This document shows, one piece after another, positions 8,201-17,138 of a stretch of 42,724 bases of DNA (positions are counted from its first letter, which is position 1; the number at the start of each line of letters is the position of its first letter). Position numbers and translations under genes: made by a program. Source of the stretch: Pseudomonadota bacterium (GTDB taxonomy: Bacteria; Pseudomonadota; Alphaproteobacteria; RF32; CAG-239); contig CAKJXZ020000063.1 in assembly GCA_918234285.1 (NCBI GenBank), positions 1 to 42,724 on the forward strand, in the 5' to 3' direction. Below the pieces are notes generated by a model. That model saw nothing but the letters and a program-made list of their open reading frames with translations, did no database searches and had not been told where the DNA came from.

Positions 8201-9534
8201 AAGGTAATGAAGCCCAGCTTAAATCCGATTTGGCTGACATTAGAGAGTTTTATAAAGCACACGGCATTGATTTTCCGGAAGAACGTGCGTTGGTAATGCT
8301 GGCTGACGGCGGTACCAATACCAACACCAATACCGTTAACTATACGCCGCACGGCAATGTTCATACACACGGTAACAATTTGGTGATGACACACGATTGG
8401 GCTGATACCAAAGGGCTGAATCATTCGATTGTTGATGCTTTGAACATTCCGAGAGGTCCTGATGGTCACCTGATGATGAATATGGATGCGCATAATGCGA
8501 TTATGAAAGTAAATCCGTTCGTCAGTGCCCATAATGGCATCGGTTATGTACCGAACACCGAAACTTACGGCTCGGGTATTCCGTTTAATGCCTCAAGAGA
8601 CGGAGCTAATATTCCGATAGAGGATTTGAGCGGCGGTAAAGAGTTTGGTACTTACATTAATCATGGTGGTGTCGGCGAATGGCAACATACTCCGGCAATT
8701 GATCGTACAGTAACGACAACAACACACTACTATGGCAATATCATGGCGACATTCGGCACATTCTTTAAACCGCTGACCAAGCGTACTTTCAAGATGGGGA
8801 GTGCGTTGGCAGATAAGATTGTCGGTGTATTCAAGAAAAAGCCGATTCCTGTTCCGGTTCCTGATCCGGACCCTAAACCGAAACCGGAGCCGATTCCTGA
8901 TCCGATTCCCGATCCGATTCCTGATCCGAAACCGGAGCCGATACCTGATCCGAAACCGCAACCGGAAAAAGTGGATATTACCAAAGATATGATTATGGAT
9001 GAGTATCAAATTATCTATGGTGATGATCCGCGCTCTAAGTTTGAGTTTGATGGCAAGCGTGATAAAAAAGTCGCAGCCGATCCGGAGAAGAACGCACAGT
9101 ACAAGGATTACGAAAAGCGTGTACTGGCAGAATACGAAGAAACCGGCAAGGGTAAGACTTTGGAAGAGTTCCTGAGCCAGCGCCGCAATGACTATAAAAC
9201 AGCCGTAAGCGATAATTTGTCGGCATATCTGAGCAGTGCGGAAGCGCAGAAGGCACAAAAGGAAGTGCTGAGCGTTAACGGCCAAATACCGGATACCAAC
9301 AAAGTACGTATTGACTTTATGAAAAATCCGGTTACGCATCCGGTAACGGCGGCGGCACGCCAGAACTTCCACGAAAGCAAGGTTGGCGAACCGGGCAAGT
9401 GGACGTTCAAAGGATTTATCCAACATGCCGTCGGATATCTGCAACGCTCGTCCGAAAACAAGCAGGCACGCGATCCGTCCAAAACAACGATGGTAAGCCA
9501 TGCTCGTATGAATGAGAGTGGCAGAGGTAAATAA
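5275..9534 (+). CDS. Large hypothetical protein (1419 aa) with Pro-rich linkers and a Gly/Ala-rich hydrophobic block
   Basis: Long ORF with its own promoter, RBS and terminator. KPQPAPQP and PDPKPEPIPDP repeats, several Gly-rich hydrophobic helices at ~aa 760-925, no signal peptide. Confidence 0.9.
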   Translation: MAIYNNFSDVADRADFKDFIRDKFGITDVSQIADVEQTALLMSFKSHTNDLSDADIDFLEEIRQANNKDDMEELTDVELGSVRDFDQLTIDEQIYISVKNYDAKDKGVTIDQIRDNLIKRGLENIEKEQAATEFNDKDAVYDAFHQLATEVQNGGIGDGAGQVKPHEISDFIAKKESYLEKHPEEKEEVNGQLGKFLNNQDQEKMFYGNELYTVDDGFRKTYQQAELDYADLLMGKDHPSPEGFDLEHIFDNVDDVKPQPAPQPDTKPQPAPVNDDKQPKPITVGAIPDKDKENDNVNITPKPQPQPEPHLQPVATEYEIVTEEYRKLSLNGDKNDAMMDLLRIGVLQNMNKVENVDLKKLSEQEAIEILHDTLPKLSNKELKEMESKVTDKILEADPQTKQSELLGMVPPLVLAEKYEELSAVVNKTNDGPEHDEALEKLNKVGDRIDSLASQLLTKKIDRDLWFNDYTNIADIHYGYEKMFAAREKDLIELAKEGNQSADQRVGIMRDGMKLLNEEVAKYDERMNLSGVDKDSADDLNKRFDSVKPRIDGVELDPETLKLVSHYKFRDEQGQIEPQFELPDGTRSDTYAQGAKIIEGSKLDSMVKMAKQDILLESLGADENALTDENLKREVNERLPFKLFEIDAETKGLDLANRLKQDAPIMAKDEFTNSDHYLKFLNELRQSPKVCDNGVYEVARDNMVEKNRAFTQRLAQKIDSQDNPILFKVMDSVKDFDKRANDRNANGKVSRKEIWKNIGKRALLGGGIAFATSFALSTGAAALAADASLTASTMGMNKFAGAILGTGLGIGAMALHVKNWRKSQKKQGKPAGLKAFLKNPQNLMSVATSALGGFATGALLTGNPAMAQLAGYGAIAMGAINGTTTNYAQIKKAGGNNFDAIAGGLLVGGATIGGGFLGREASHLAIDAFNKLMPDNRVFQDQHTTKTRIQEAKDEFVFNDKEAVVKGSQNTLDNFYKGNEAQLKSDLADIREFYKAHGIDFPEERALVMLADGGTNTNTNTVNYTPHGNVHTHGNNLVMTHDWADTKGLNHSIVDALNIPRGPDGHLMMNMDAHNAIMKVNPFVSAHNGIGYVPNTETYGSGIPFNASRDGANIPIEDLSGGKEFGTYINHGGVGEWQHTPAIDRTVTTTTHYYGNIMATFGTFFKPLTKRTFKMGSALADKIVGVFKKKPIPVPVPDPDPKPKPEPIPDPIPDPIPDPKPEPIPDPKPQPEKVDITKDMIMDEYQIIYGDDPRSKFEFDGKRDKKVAADPEKNAQYKDYEKRVLAEYEETGKGKTLEEFLSQRRNDYKTAVSDNLSAYLSSAEAQKAQKEVLSVNGQIPDTNKVRIDFMKNPVTHPVTAAARQNFHESKVGEPGKWTFKGFIQHAVGYLQRSSENKQARDPSKTTMVSHARMNESGRGK
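8842..8966 (+). repeat. Coding Pro-rich tandem repeat (PDPI/PDPKPEP)
   Basis: Repeated ccgattcctgatccg units. Confidence 0.8.
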
Positions 9535-9546
9535 AATCTGCATTTG

Positions 9547-9650
9547 AAAAAAATAACCCCGTCGCGGCAATGCGGCGGGGTTTGCTTTTTGTGATAACGC
9601 AAGGTTTTAAAAAAGATAACACCCGACGACGATTAAGTCATCGGGGTTAA
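9547..9650. terminator. Two hairpins between convergent genes
   Basis: aaccccgtcgc/gcggcggggtt followed by a T-rich tract, and a second imperfect stem cccgacgac/gtcatcggg. Confidence 0.65.
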
Positions 9651-9651
9651 T

Positions 9652-10026
9652 CTATGCGTCACTTTTTTCCTTTGAGCGATCGAAAATCTTCCGCGGCATC
9701 ATCATGTTGTTGATGTCGTTCTCGACAATCTCCTTTGCAATCAATGCATTGGAGCCGTCGAGCATCTTCGAGATGAGAACATTGTGCCCATCTGTATAAC
9801 GGAACACTGTTCCCGAGAGATTTAACCACTCAAGAGTGGCTTTTGCTTTCTTGACCTCGCAACCGGAGCGAAGATCAACATACTTACCGTCTTTTTTGAT
9901 GCACGGTTGTAATTTTAAGATCCACGGGCTCGTGTACTCACCTATCTGGGGAGTATTCAGAACCGGCAGAAATTCCGGAATCGTCACAAGCGTAACGACA
10001 GAACCGGTAATAAACTTCTTGTTCAT
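9652..10026 (-). CDS. Hypothetical protein (ORFan-like)
   Basis: ~124-aa ORF filling the gap between terminators. TTGACA promoter-like sequence upstream on the minus strand (~10102-10107). Confidence 0.6.
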   Translation of the reverse strand: MNKKFITGSVVTLVTIPEFLPVLNTPQIGEYTSPWILKLQPCIKKDGKYVDLRSGCEVKKAKATLEWLNLSGTVFRYTDGHNVLISKMLDGSNALIAKEIVENDINNMMMPRKIFDRSKEKSDA

Positions 10027-10117
10027 ATTCAAGATTTTTTGGGATTTCTATATATAACTAATATTGATTGCAACGTATCTTTTAGCATTTTTTAGGTATT
10101 TTGTCAAGCGTTTTCGT

Positions 10118-10156
10118 AAAAAAAATCGGTCGAAATGTTGATTTTCGACCGATTTA
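10118..10156 (-). terminator. Intrinsic terminator of tkt
   Basis: aaaatcggtcgaaa/tttcgaccgatttt stem with an A-run on + (U-tract on -). Confidence 0.8.
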
Positions 10157-10174
10157 TAAGATTTTATTACCGAA

Positions 10175-12139
10175 TTACAGGTATTTTTTGACGCTGGCGA
10201 TAATATTTTCTACGGTTATACCTAAATATTTATAAACTTCGTTGCCTTTGCCGGAAGCACCGAAGCGGTCAATGCCGATAATGGTGCCGTTGTCGCCGAC
10301 ATAACGTTCCCAACCGTAAGAAGTGCCGGCTTCGACCGCGATTCGCGGCAAATTACCCAACACCGCGCGCTTATATTCGAGCGGTTGTGCGTCAAACAAT
10401 TCCTGACACGGCATAGATACGACATTAACTCCGATATTTTCCGCCGCCAACTGCTTTTGCGCTTCAATTGCCAAAGAAACTTCGGTGCCGGTGGCAATGA
10501 TCGTGGCTACCGGCTTATGAATGCTCGGCGAAATTACATAAGCGCCCTTGGATGACAGGTTTTCTTCGCCGGAATGGCGCACGGTCGGAACCGCTTGCCG
10601 CGAGAGTGCCAATATACTCGGCGTATGTTCGTCTTTAAGTGCCAACTGCCAAGCTTCGGCTGTTTCTACCACATCACACGGACGGAATACGTTGATGTTC
10701 GGCATGGCGCGATAAGCGGCCAGATGTTCAATCGGTTGATGCGTAGGCCCGTCTTCACCCACTCCGATAGAGTCGTGAGTTAAAACATAGATTACCCGCA
10801 GCCCCATCAGCGCCGCTAAACGCATCGCCGGCCGCATATAATCGGAGAACACGAAGAAGGTACCGCCATACGGAATAACCCCGCCGTGTAACGTCAAACC
10901 GTTCATAATTGCCCCCATGACATGTTCGCGGATGCCATACATAATGTTATTGCCGTTATAGTCAGCAGCGGTAATGGTTTTCATCCCGTCAACAAAGGTC
11001 AGATTCGACGCGGCCAAATCCGCCGAACCGCCGATAATTTGCGGAATATATTTAACTATGTTTTCCAAACACATCTGTGAGGCCTTGCGGGTAGCAACCT
11101 TGGTCTGCTCCGCGATGACCTTGTTTTTCAACTCATTCAGTGCCTTATCCCAATTGTGCGGTAAAACGTTGCTGATGTAATTGATAAAGTCGTAATTTTT
11201 ATCCGCGGCTTTTTGCCATTGGTCATACAATACTGCTGATTTTTGGGCAGCAGCGCGCCAGGCGGCAATAATTTCCGCCGGCATTTCGAACGGGGCATAC
11301 GTCCAACCCAATTGTTTTTTCATGGCGTCCAATTCTTCTTCGCCGAGCGGAGAGCCGTGCACTTTCGGAGTACCGCATTTATTCGGAGCGCCGTGACCGA
11401 TGACGGTTTTGCAGGCAATCAAAGTCGGCTTTTCGGAGCGCTGAGCTTCTTCAATTGCTTCGGCAATTTGTTCATAGTTATGGCCGTTTATGCTGATGGT
11501 GTTCCAACCGACCGCCTTAAACCGCGCAATTTGGTCGGTAGCATTGGATTTATCCACCGTACCGTCGATGGTAATGTTGTTATTATCCCAGAAAACAATC
11601 AGCTTGTTTAATTTCCATAGTCCGGCCAACGAAATTGCTTCTTCCGAAATACCTTCCATCAGACAACCGTCGCCACAAATAACATAAGTGAAGTGATTGC
11701 ACAAATCATTACCGAAACGGGCATTGAGCACGCGCTCGGCCAGAGCCATACCCACGGCCGATGAAATACCTTGTCCGAGGGGACCCGTCGTCATATCAAT
11801 ACCGCTTAAATGTCCGTATTCCGGGTGTCCGGCAGTATTGGAACCGAGTTGGCGAAAGTTTTTTATATCTTCGATGGTAACATCCGGATATCCCAGAAAA
11901 TAAAACAGCGAATATAAGAGCATCGAGCCGTGACCGGCCGAAAGCACAAAGCGATCGCGGTTGAACCATCGCGGATCTGAAGGATTGACGTGCAGATATT
12001 TGGCAAACAAAACAGTTGCCACATCGGCCATACCAAGCGGCATTCCCGGATGTCCGGAATTGGCTTTATTAATGGCTTCGGCGCTCAAAATGCGCAACGC
12101 GGTCGCCATTTGTTGCAGTTTGATATTGTTTAAACTCAT
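10175..12139 (-). CDS. tkt: Transketolase
   Basis: SGHPGMPLG, RDRFVLSAGH, TTGPLGQG, GDGCLMEG and THDSIGVGEDGPTHQPIE motifs. Confidence 0.98.
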   Translation of the reverse strand: MSLNNIKLQQMATALRILSAEAINKANSGHPGMPLGMADVATVLFAKYLHVNPSDPRWFNRDRFVLSAGHGSMLLYSLFYFLGYPDVTIEDIKNFRQLGSNTAGHPEYGHLSGIDMTTGPLGQGISSAVGMALAERVLNARFGNDLCNHFTYVICGDGCLMEGISEEAISLAGLWKLNKLIVFWDNNNITIDGTVDKSNATDQIARFKAVGWNTISINGHNYEQIAEAIEEAQRSEKPTLIACKTVIGHGAPNKCGTPKVHGSPLGEEELDAMKKQLGWTYAPFEMPAEIIAAWRAAAQKSAVLYDQWQKAADKNYDFINYISNVLPHNWDKALNELKNKVIAEQTKVATRKASQMCLENIVKYIPQIIGGSADLAASNLTFVDGMKTITAADYNGNNIMYGIREHVMGAIMNGLTLHGGVIPYGGTFFVFSDYMRPAMRLAALMGLRVIYVLTHDSIGVGEDGPTHQPIEHLAAYRAMPNINVFRPCDVVETAEAWQLALKDEHTPSILALSRQAVPTVRHSGEENLSSKGAYVISPSIHKPVATIIATGTEVSLAIEAQKQLAAENIGVNVVSMPCQELFDAQPLEYKRAVLGNLPRIAVEAGTSYGWERYVGDNGTIIGIDRFGASGKGNEVYKYLGITVENIIASVKKYL

Positions 12140-12151
12140 GTTATGCTCCTT

Positions 12152-13285
12152 TTATTTTTTCTCAAATAAAGCGACCAATTCAAAATGCTCGGCATACACA
12201 AATTGGTCCACCATGGTTATTTCGCTCAAGACGTACCCGTTCTCGAGCAGTTGATTGGCATCATTTATAAATGTATGCGGATTACAGGAAACCGCAACGA
12301 TTTTTTGCGGCTTATCCGCCTGATTTGTCAGAGCGATTTGTTGCACTTGCGCGCTTGCACCGGCTCGCGGCGGGTCAAACACGACGGCAACAAAATTCTT
12401 AAGCTCCGTCGCATCAAACGGATACTTAAATAAGTTCTTTTTGCAGATTTTAATGTTCGGTATGGTTAAAAAATTCACGGTTTTTTGGAAGCAATCCAGC
12501 AATTCTTCCGATGAATCCGCCGCGGTGATTTTGTTTTTGATATTTTGTGCCAACGGATACGAAAAAGTGCCGACGCCACAGAATAAATCGGCAATATTGC
12601 CGGTGGTGTCGCCGATGTATTTCATCACCAACGAGGTTAGAGCTTTTTCGCCGGCGGTCGAAGCCTGTAAAAAAGTGCCGGCCGGAATAAACACCTCGTG
12701 TCCGGCAATTATTATATGCGGTTTGCTTTTTTCAATTACGGTTTCCGGACGGGTGTTCTTTTTGCCGACGGATACGCGAATAATCTCCGGATTGGCGGTG
12801 GCAAAATCGCATATTTCCATGCGGTGTTCCAGCGTTATTTTTTCGTCGGTTTCCAGTAAAACATCAATACCGTTGGCGGCTTCCGTCAGCCAAATCTCGC
12901 CTTGATTGATATTGGAAGTAACAAATTTCGTTTTGATTTTTTGCGAGTTTTTTATCGCACATAATTTTTGTAAAAAATCTCGCACTTGCGGTAACACGTT
13001 GTTGAGATTCGGCGTAAGTGCCGCACACTCGGCAATATCAATCAACTGATGGCTTTGCGCGGCATTAAAGCCCAGACTTATCGTACCCTTGCGATATTGG
13101 AAGGTAAATTCGGCACGGCGCCGCTGTCCGTCGGCAATAAAAACCGGCTCGCCAACAGCAATATTTTCTTGTTTTATATTGCCGATAATTTTTTGAAAGC
13201 GCTCGATTTTGCGCCGCCGATATTCTTCGGAATTAAGCTTTCGTAACGGGCATCCGCCACATATATTTTGATATGTACAATTCAT
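12152..13285 (-). CDS. RlmD/TrmA-family RNA (uracil-5)-methyltransferase without TRAM domain
   Basis: CxxxxxCGGC Fe-S motif, FLQ, DLFCGVGTF (SAM binding), DPPRAG, VSCNP (catalytic Cys) and DQF...HFE. Confidence 0.9.
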   Translation of the reverse strand: MNCTYQNICGGCPLRKLNSEEYRRRKIERFQKIIGNIKQENIAVGEPVFIADGQRRRAEFTFQYRKGTISLGFNAAQSHQLIDIAECAALTPNLNNVLPQVRDFLQKLCAIKNSQKIKTKFVTSNINQGEIWLTEAANGIDVLLETDEKITLEHRMEICDFATANPEIIRVSVGKKNTRPETVIEKSKPHIIIAGHEVFIPAGTFLQASTAGEKALTSLVMKYIGDTTGNIADLFCGVGTFSYPLAQNIKNKITAADSSEELLDCFQKTVNFLTIPNIKICKKNLFKYPFDATELKNFVAVVFDPPRAGASAQVQQIALTNQADKPQKIVAVSCNPHTFINDANQLLENGYVLSEITMVDQFVYAEHFELVALFEKK

Positions 13286-13294
13286 TTTCTTCTC

Positions 13295-14959
13295 TTACAA
13301 AGGTTGACTTCCGTAACTGTCAAGCAACGAAATTTCCTCACTTTCTTCATTTTGGAAAACCGGATGAACATTGCGTTTGCCCGATTTGGATTTTTTGTTT
13401 TGAACCGAGCGCAACTGTTGCTCATCGTAGGCGGCAACCTGATTGCGACCGTTGTGTTTGGCTAAATACATGGCATCATCAACCTGTCGCAGCAAGACTT
13501 CCAAACTGTTGGTTTTCTCTGAGGAAACAACACCGATACTGACCGTAATCTTGATTTCTTCGTCATCTTCGTCTTTGAACATGTGGTTTTCAATACTTTG
13601 TCGCAGACGCTCGGCCACGCGCATGGCAGAACGCAGCTCGGCATCATTAAGGAAAATAATAAATTCCTCACCGCCGAAACGGGCAACAATATCATCATCG
13701 CGCAACGATTTTTGGCAGATTTTTGCCACCTCAATCAGTACTCTGTCGCCGAATTTGTGCCCGTATTTATCGTTGATTTTTTTGAATTTATCGGCATCAA
13801 TCAGCAATAAACTGAAGTTTTGGGCGTTATGGATACATTCTTTAATTCTCTCCGGCACGAATTTTTCGAAATATTGGCGATTCCAGGCCATGGTCAGCGG
13901 GTCTTTATGCGCCTGATTTTGCAGATTATTTTCCTGTTCTTTGCGCAAAGCGATATCTTGAAAGGTAATGTAATTGGCCTCAGTATTGTTGTATTCCATA
14001 TTTTTGGCCGAGGCCGACATCCAAAACGGTGCGGCATTCAATAAGTTGCATACCATGACTTCATAATCGTCGACACCTCCGTGCAACAGCAAATTTTCAA
14101 AAAATTTACGGCGGTTATGTTCATCAACCAGAATTTCGTTCAGATTGTGGTATGCCACATCTTTATGGGTAAGGCCGAACAGAGCCGAAGCCTTGTTGTT
14201 GATGGTCAGAAGTTTGTTGTCGTCCGCCCGGGTTATTATAATCGGAAACGGCGAAGTATTAATCATATTTGATATTTGCAAATTCAGTTTATCAATAGTG
14301 TTCCACGAATGCGTTAAGTCATCGTGATACATGCCGAAACGCATAAAAATAACGGCCACAGCAAAAACATAAACCCAGAGCCAGTTAAAAATATTAAGAT
14401 TCAACCAGTTATATTGATAAAAGAAAGCCGAAACATTAATTTTGCTCATCAGCATAAATAAAGAAAGGCTGAGCAGAAAATAGCCGATATTGGTTTGCCG
14501 ATATAAACACACCAGGCTGCTCAAGAACAATAAAGATATGCTCAAAATCAGAAACATCGGTCGCAAATACAATGCAAATTCGGAGTTATAATCAATGAAC
14601 GAATAATATACGCACAGAGTTGCCGCCAAGGTGGTATAAATAGCCAGAGCCTCGCGGTTGGCCAGCCGGTTATTATACAATTCCGTCGCGGAGTTTATCC
14701 ATAAGATGGAAATCAGAGCAGACAGCAGCGTAAGTACAAATCTCACAAAATTATCATTCAGGCCCATTTTATACAATATATGATCCTGCGTTGTTATATA
14801 GGTGAGCAAAATCATCATTAACCCGCCGAGCTGGAACAACAAAAGTCCGCGAAAATCTTTGGAATCGCGCACCAAAAACACCGAACTTATACCGATAAAA
14901 AGCGACAGAATGCTGAATAGCATATTGTAGCCGGAATAAAATATATTTGTACTTAACAT
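13295..14959 (-). CDS. Membrane-anchored PAS-GGDEF diguanylate cyclase
   Basis: About 7 TM helices, a PAS-like segment, DPLT..NR, DADKFKKIND.YGH..GD, RDDD I-site and GGEEF. Confidence 0.92.
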   Translation of the reverse strand: MLSTNIFYSGYNMLFSILSLFIGISSVFLVRDSKDFRGLLLFQLGGLMMILLTYITTQDHILYKMGLNDNFVRFVLTLLSALISILWINSATELYNNRLANREALAIYTTLAATLCVYYSFIDYNSEFALYLRPMFLILSISLLFLSSLVCLYRQTNIGYFLLSLSLFMLMSKINVSAFFYQYNWLNLNIFNWLWVYVFAVAVIFMRFGMYHDDLTHSWNTIDKLNLQISNMINTSPFPIIITRADDNKLLTINNKASALFGLTHKDVAYHNLNEILVDEHNRRKFFENLLLHGGVDDYEVMVCNLLNAAPFWMSASAKNMEYNNTEANYITFQDIALRKEQENNLQNQAHKDPLTMAWNRQYFEKFVPERIKECIHNAQNFSLLLIDADKFKKINDKYGHKFGDRVLIEVAKICQKSLRDDDIVARFGGEEFIIFLNDAELRSAMRVAERLRQSIENHMFKDEDDEEIKITVSIGVVSSEKTNSLEVLLRQVDDAMYLAKHNGRNQVAAYDEQQLRSVQNKKSKSGKRNVHPVFQNEESEEISLLDSYGSQPL

Positions 14960-15097
14960 AATTGCACCATTTTAAAAACGTTTATATGCAGATAGTACAC
15001 TTAAATATCATAAAAACAAACATTATTTAAAAAAAATGATGAAAAAAATTTTTTATGGGTGTAAAGTATAGCTGTTCTTAAATTTAAGGAGAAGAAA

Positions 15098-16282
15098 ATG
15101 ACCTACACAGCTCCCAAGCATTACAGTCACGATTTTGAATTGAATATAGAAAAACTGCCGGTTACGCAAACTGACAGGATTGCCCGTAAAATATCATGGT
15201 GGGGTTTCGGCTGCGGATTAATGTTTGTTTTGTTGGGAGCCTTTGAAATTATCGCATATTTTTTACAGAACAGCGATGAAAGTTATGATTTCGGTACCGA
15301 TATAAATTTTACGGCGCATCAACTGTTTGTTATTCGCTATTCGTTCGATACGTTTATAGTGTTGTTCGGCCTGTTGATAATTTTTCTGGCCGTTATTGCC
15401 ATGCGTCGGCGCAAAGAAGTGTATTTTGACGGCGAAAACGTTAAAGTGATATATCATCCGTTGTGGGGAGCTACGCAGGTTCTGACCGAAAAACTTTACG
15501 GCTATACGGGAGTTTTGCTGACGGTGGAATATTTTCAATTCGGGTTGATGAATCGCAATCGCTATATTATTGAACTTTATCATCAAGATTCGCAAAAGCG
15601 GGTGCCGCTCTACATTTCCACCGATGGCAACGATGTTCGCAAAAAGTGGGAATATTACGCCGCAAAGCTGAAAATGCCGGCCTTGTTTATGACCGACCAC
15701 GGTTTGGTTTCACGCAATCACAACGAGCTGAGCAAGACTTTGATAACCATGGCAAAACGTTGGAATTTGGCGGCATTGTTGCGTGAGGAAGAACAAGCAC
15801 CGATGAGTATTCAATATAAGCGCAAAAAGGATAAGGTTATCTTCCGTGAGCGTCGGTTGTTCTTTGATGTATATTCAATTTTGTGCATTGCGAGCGCATT
15901 GGCTTTAGGTATATTTATTGCGGTGGCAATCAGATATTATGCCGTTTTGTTGCCGATTATCGGATTTTGGGGATTCGCTGCCGTGTTGTTGCTGTGTATG
16001 GCAACGATTATGTTTATTGCAACATGTATTTTAAGCAAAGATGTGTTGATTATCACGCGTTCGGAGGTGGTGCTCGGACACAACCTTTCGATTTTGCGTA
16101 TGGACGCCGAATTTTTGCCTAAAGAAGATATTGAATCCGTTGATATCGGATACAATCCGCTTACCGAACGTTATTATCTCTCCGTGATTTCGCACGACAA
16201 CAGCATAGTTTTCGGTAAAAATATGCCGATAGAGGATTTACGCTGGATACGCGGTTGCGTCATCAGGGAAATAGTAAAGTAA
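15098..16282 (+). CDS. Hypothetical membrane protein with two (2TM + beta-rich domain) modules
   Basis: RBS AAGGAG. Two helical hairpins, each followed by a beta-rich, PH-like soluble segment. Confidence 0.8.
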   Translation: MTYTAPKHYSHDFELNIEKLPVTQTDRIARKISWWGFGCGLMFVLLGAFEIIAYFLQNSDESYDFGTDINFTAHQLFVIRYSFDTFIVLFGLLIIFLAVIAMRRRKEVYFDGENVKVIYHPLWGATQVLTEKLYGYTGVLLTVEYFQFGLMNRNRYIIELYHQDSQKRVPLYISTDGNDVRKKWEYYAAKLKMPALFMTDHGLVSRNHNELSKTLITMAKRWNLAALLREEEQAPMSIQYKRKKDKVIFRERRLFFDVYSILCIASALALGIFIAVAIRYYAVLLPIIGFWGFAAVLLLCMATIMFIATCILSKDVLIITRSEVVLGHNLSILRMDAEFLPKEDIESVDIGYNPLTERYYLSVISHDNSIVFGKNMPIEDLRWIRGCVIREIVK

Positions 16283-16361
16283 AAAATGATTTGCTTTATG
16301 TTTTGTTTTTTGTTATGAATGGAAAAAATTAAAACAGTTATCTGAAAAAAAGGAAAGAAAA

Positions 16362-17123
16362 ATGGCTAAAACAGTAAAAACCAAAAAAGAATCGACCGTT
16401 AAAAACAATGTTGTTACCAAGCCGGCGGCCAAAGCACCGGTACGTGGGCGTCGCGATTTGTCGGACGTTAATCCGGAATTGACCGACGCATTTATTCAGG
16501 AAGTTGACGAGGATGTCAAAAACGATAATTTGAAAGAACTGTGGAATAAATACGGTCTGCTGATTATTGCCTTTGTGGTGCTGGCCGTTTCCGCCGCGAT
16601 TTCGTTTGACAAGATACAGGCTTGGAGAATGTTGCGTAATCAAAATCGCACTCAGGAATATATGGCGGCGGCGCAGTTGCAGGAAGACAGTAATGAAACT
16701 ATTGCCGCGCTACAGAAAATTTCAATGGATAACCAGGGTATATTCAGCGATTTTGCCAAGTTGCAAATAGCCAACGTTTTGCTCGCCGAAAATAAGCAGG
16801 AAGAAGCATTTGCCGCTTTGGAAAAACTGCAGGAAGACCAACAAATTAATGAAGAAGTCAAGAATATCGCGCTGATTAAGTTAGCCACTTATAAAGTGGA
16901 TTCGCTCGGATATGAAGAATTTGCCAAGTTGGTGCAGCCTCTGGTTGAAGCGAAAAATTCGTGGACTCCGGCAGCTCAGGATTTGTTGGCTATGTCCGCC
17001 ATCAGAAACGGCAACGTTGAAGATGCCAAAGACATATATAACAAGATTTTAAAAATAAAAGATTTGCCGGAGGGTTTCCGCAATCGTATACAAGATATGT
17101 TATCATCAATCAGCGATATGTAA
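16362..17123 (+). CDS. YfgM-like TPR membrane protein
   Basis: FIQEVDEDVKND..KELWNKYG followed by a TM and TPR-like helices. Conserved position before bamB-der. Confidence 0.85.
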   Translation: MAKTVKTKKESTVKNNVVTKPAAKAPVRGRRDLSDVNPELTDAFIQEVDEDVKNDNLKELWNKYGLLIIAFVVLAVSAAISFDKIQAWRMLRNQNRTQEYMAAAQLQEDSNETIAALQKISMDNQGIFSDFAKLQIANVLLAENKQEEAFAALEKLQEDQQINEEVKNIALIKLATYKVDSLGYEEFAKLVQPLVEAKNSWTPAAQDLLAMSAIRNGNVEDAKDIYNKILKIKDLPEGFRNRIQDMLSSISDM

Positions 17124-17138
17124 TTTTCAGAGGTAAAT

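Noticed and set aside
5425-9570. Long antisense ORFs (351, 323 and 325 aa) inside the 1419-aa gene
   Set aside because: Shadow frames from codon bias and Pro repeats. Their F/I/R-rich composition is typical of antisense translation.
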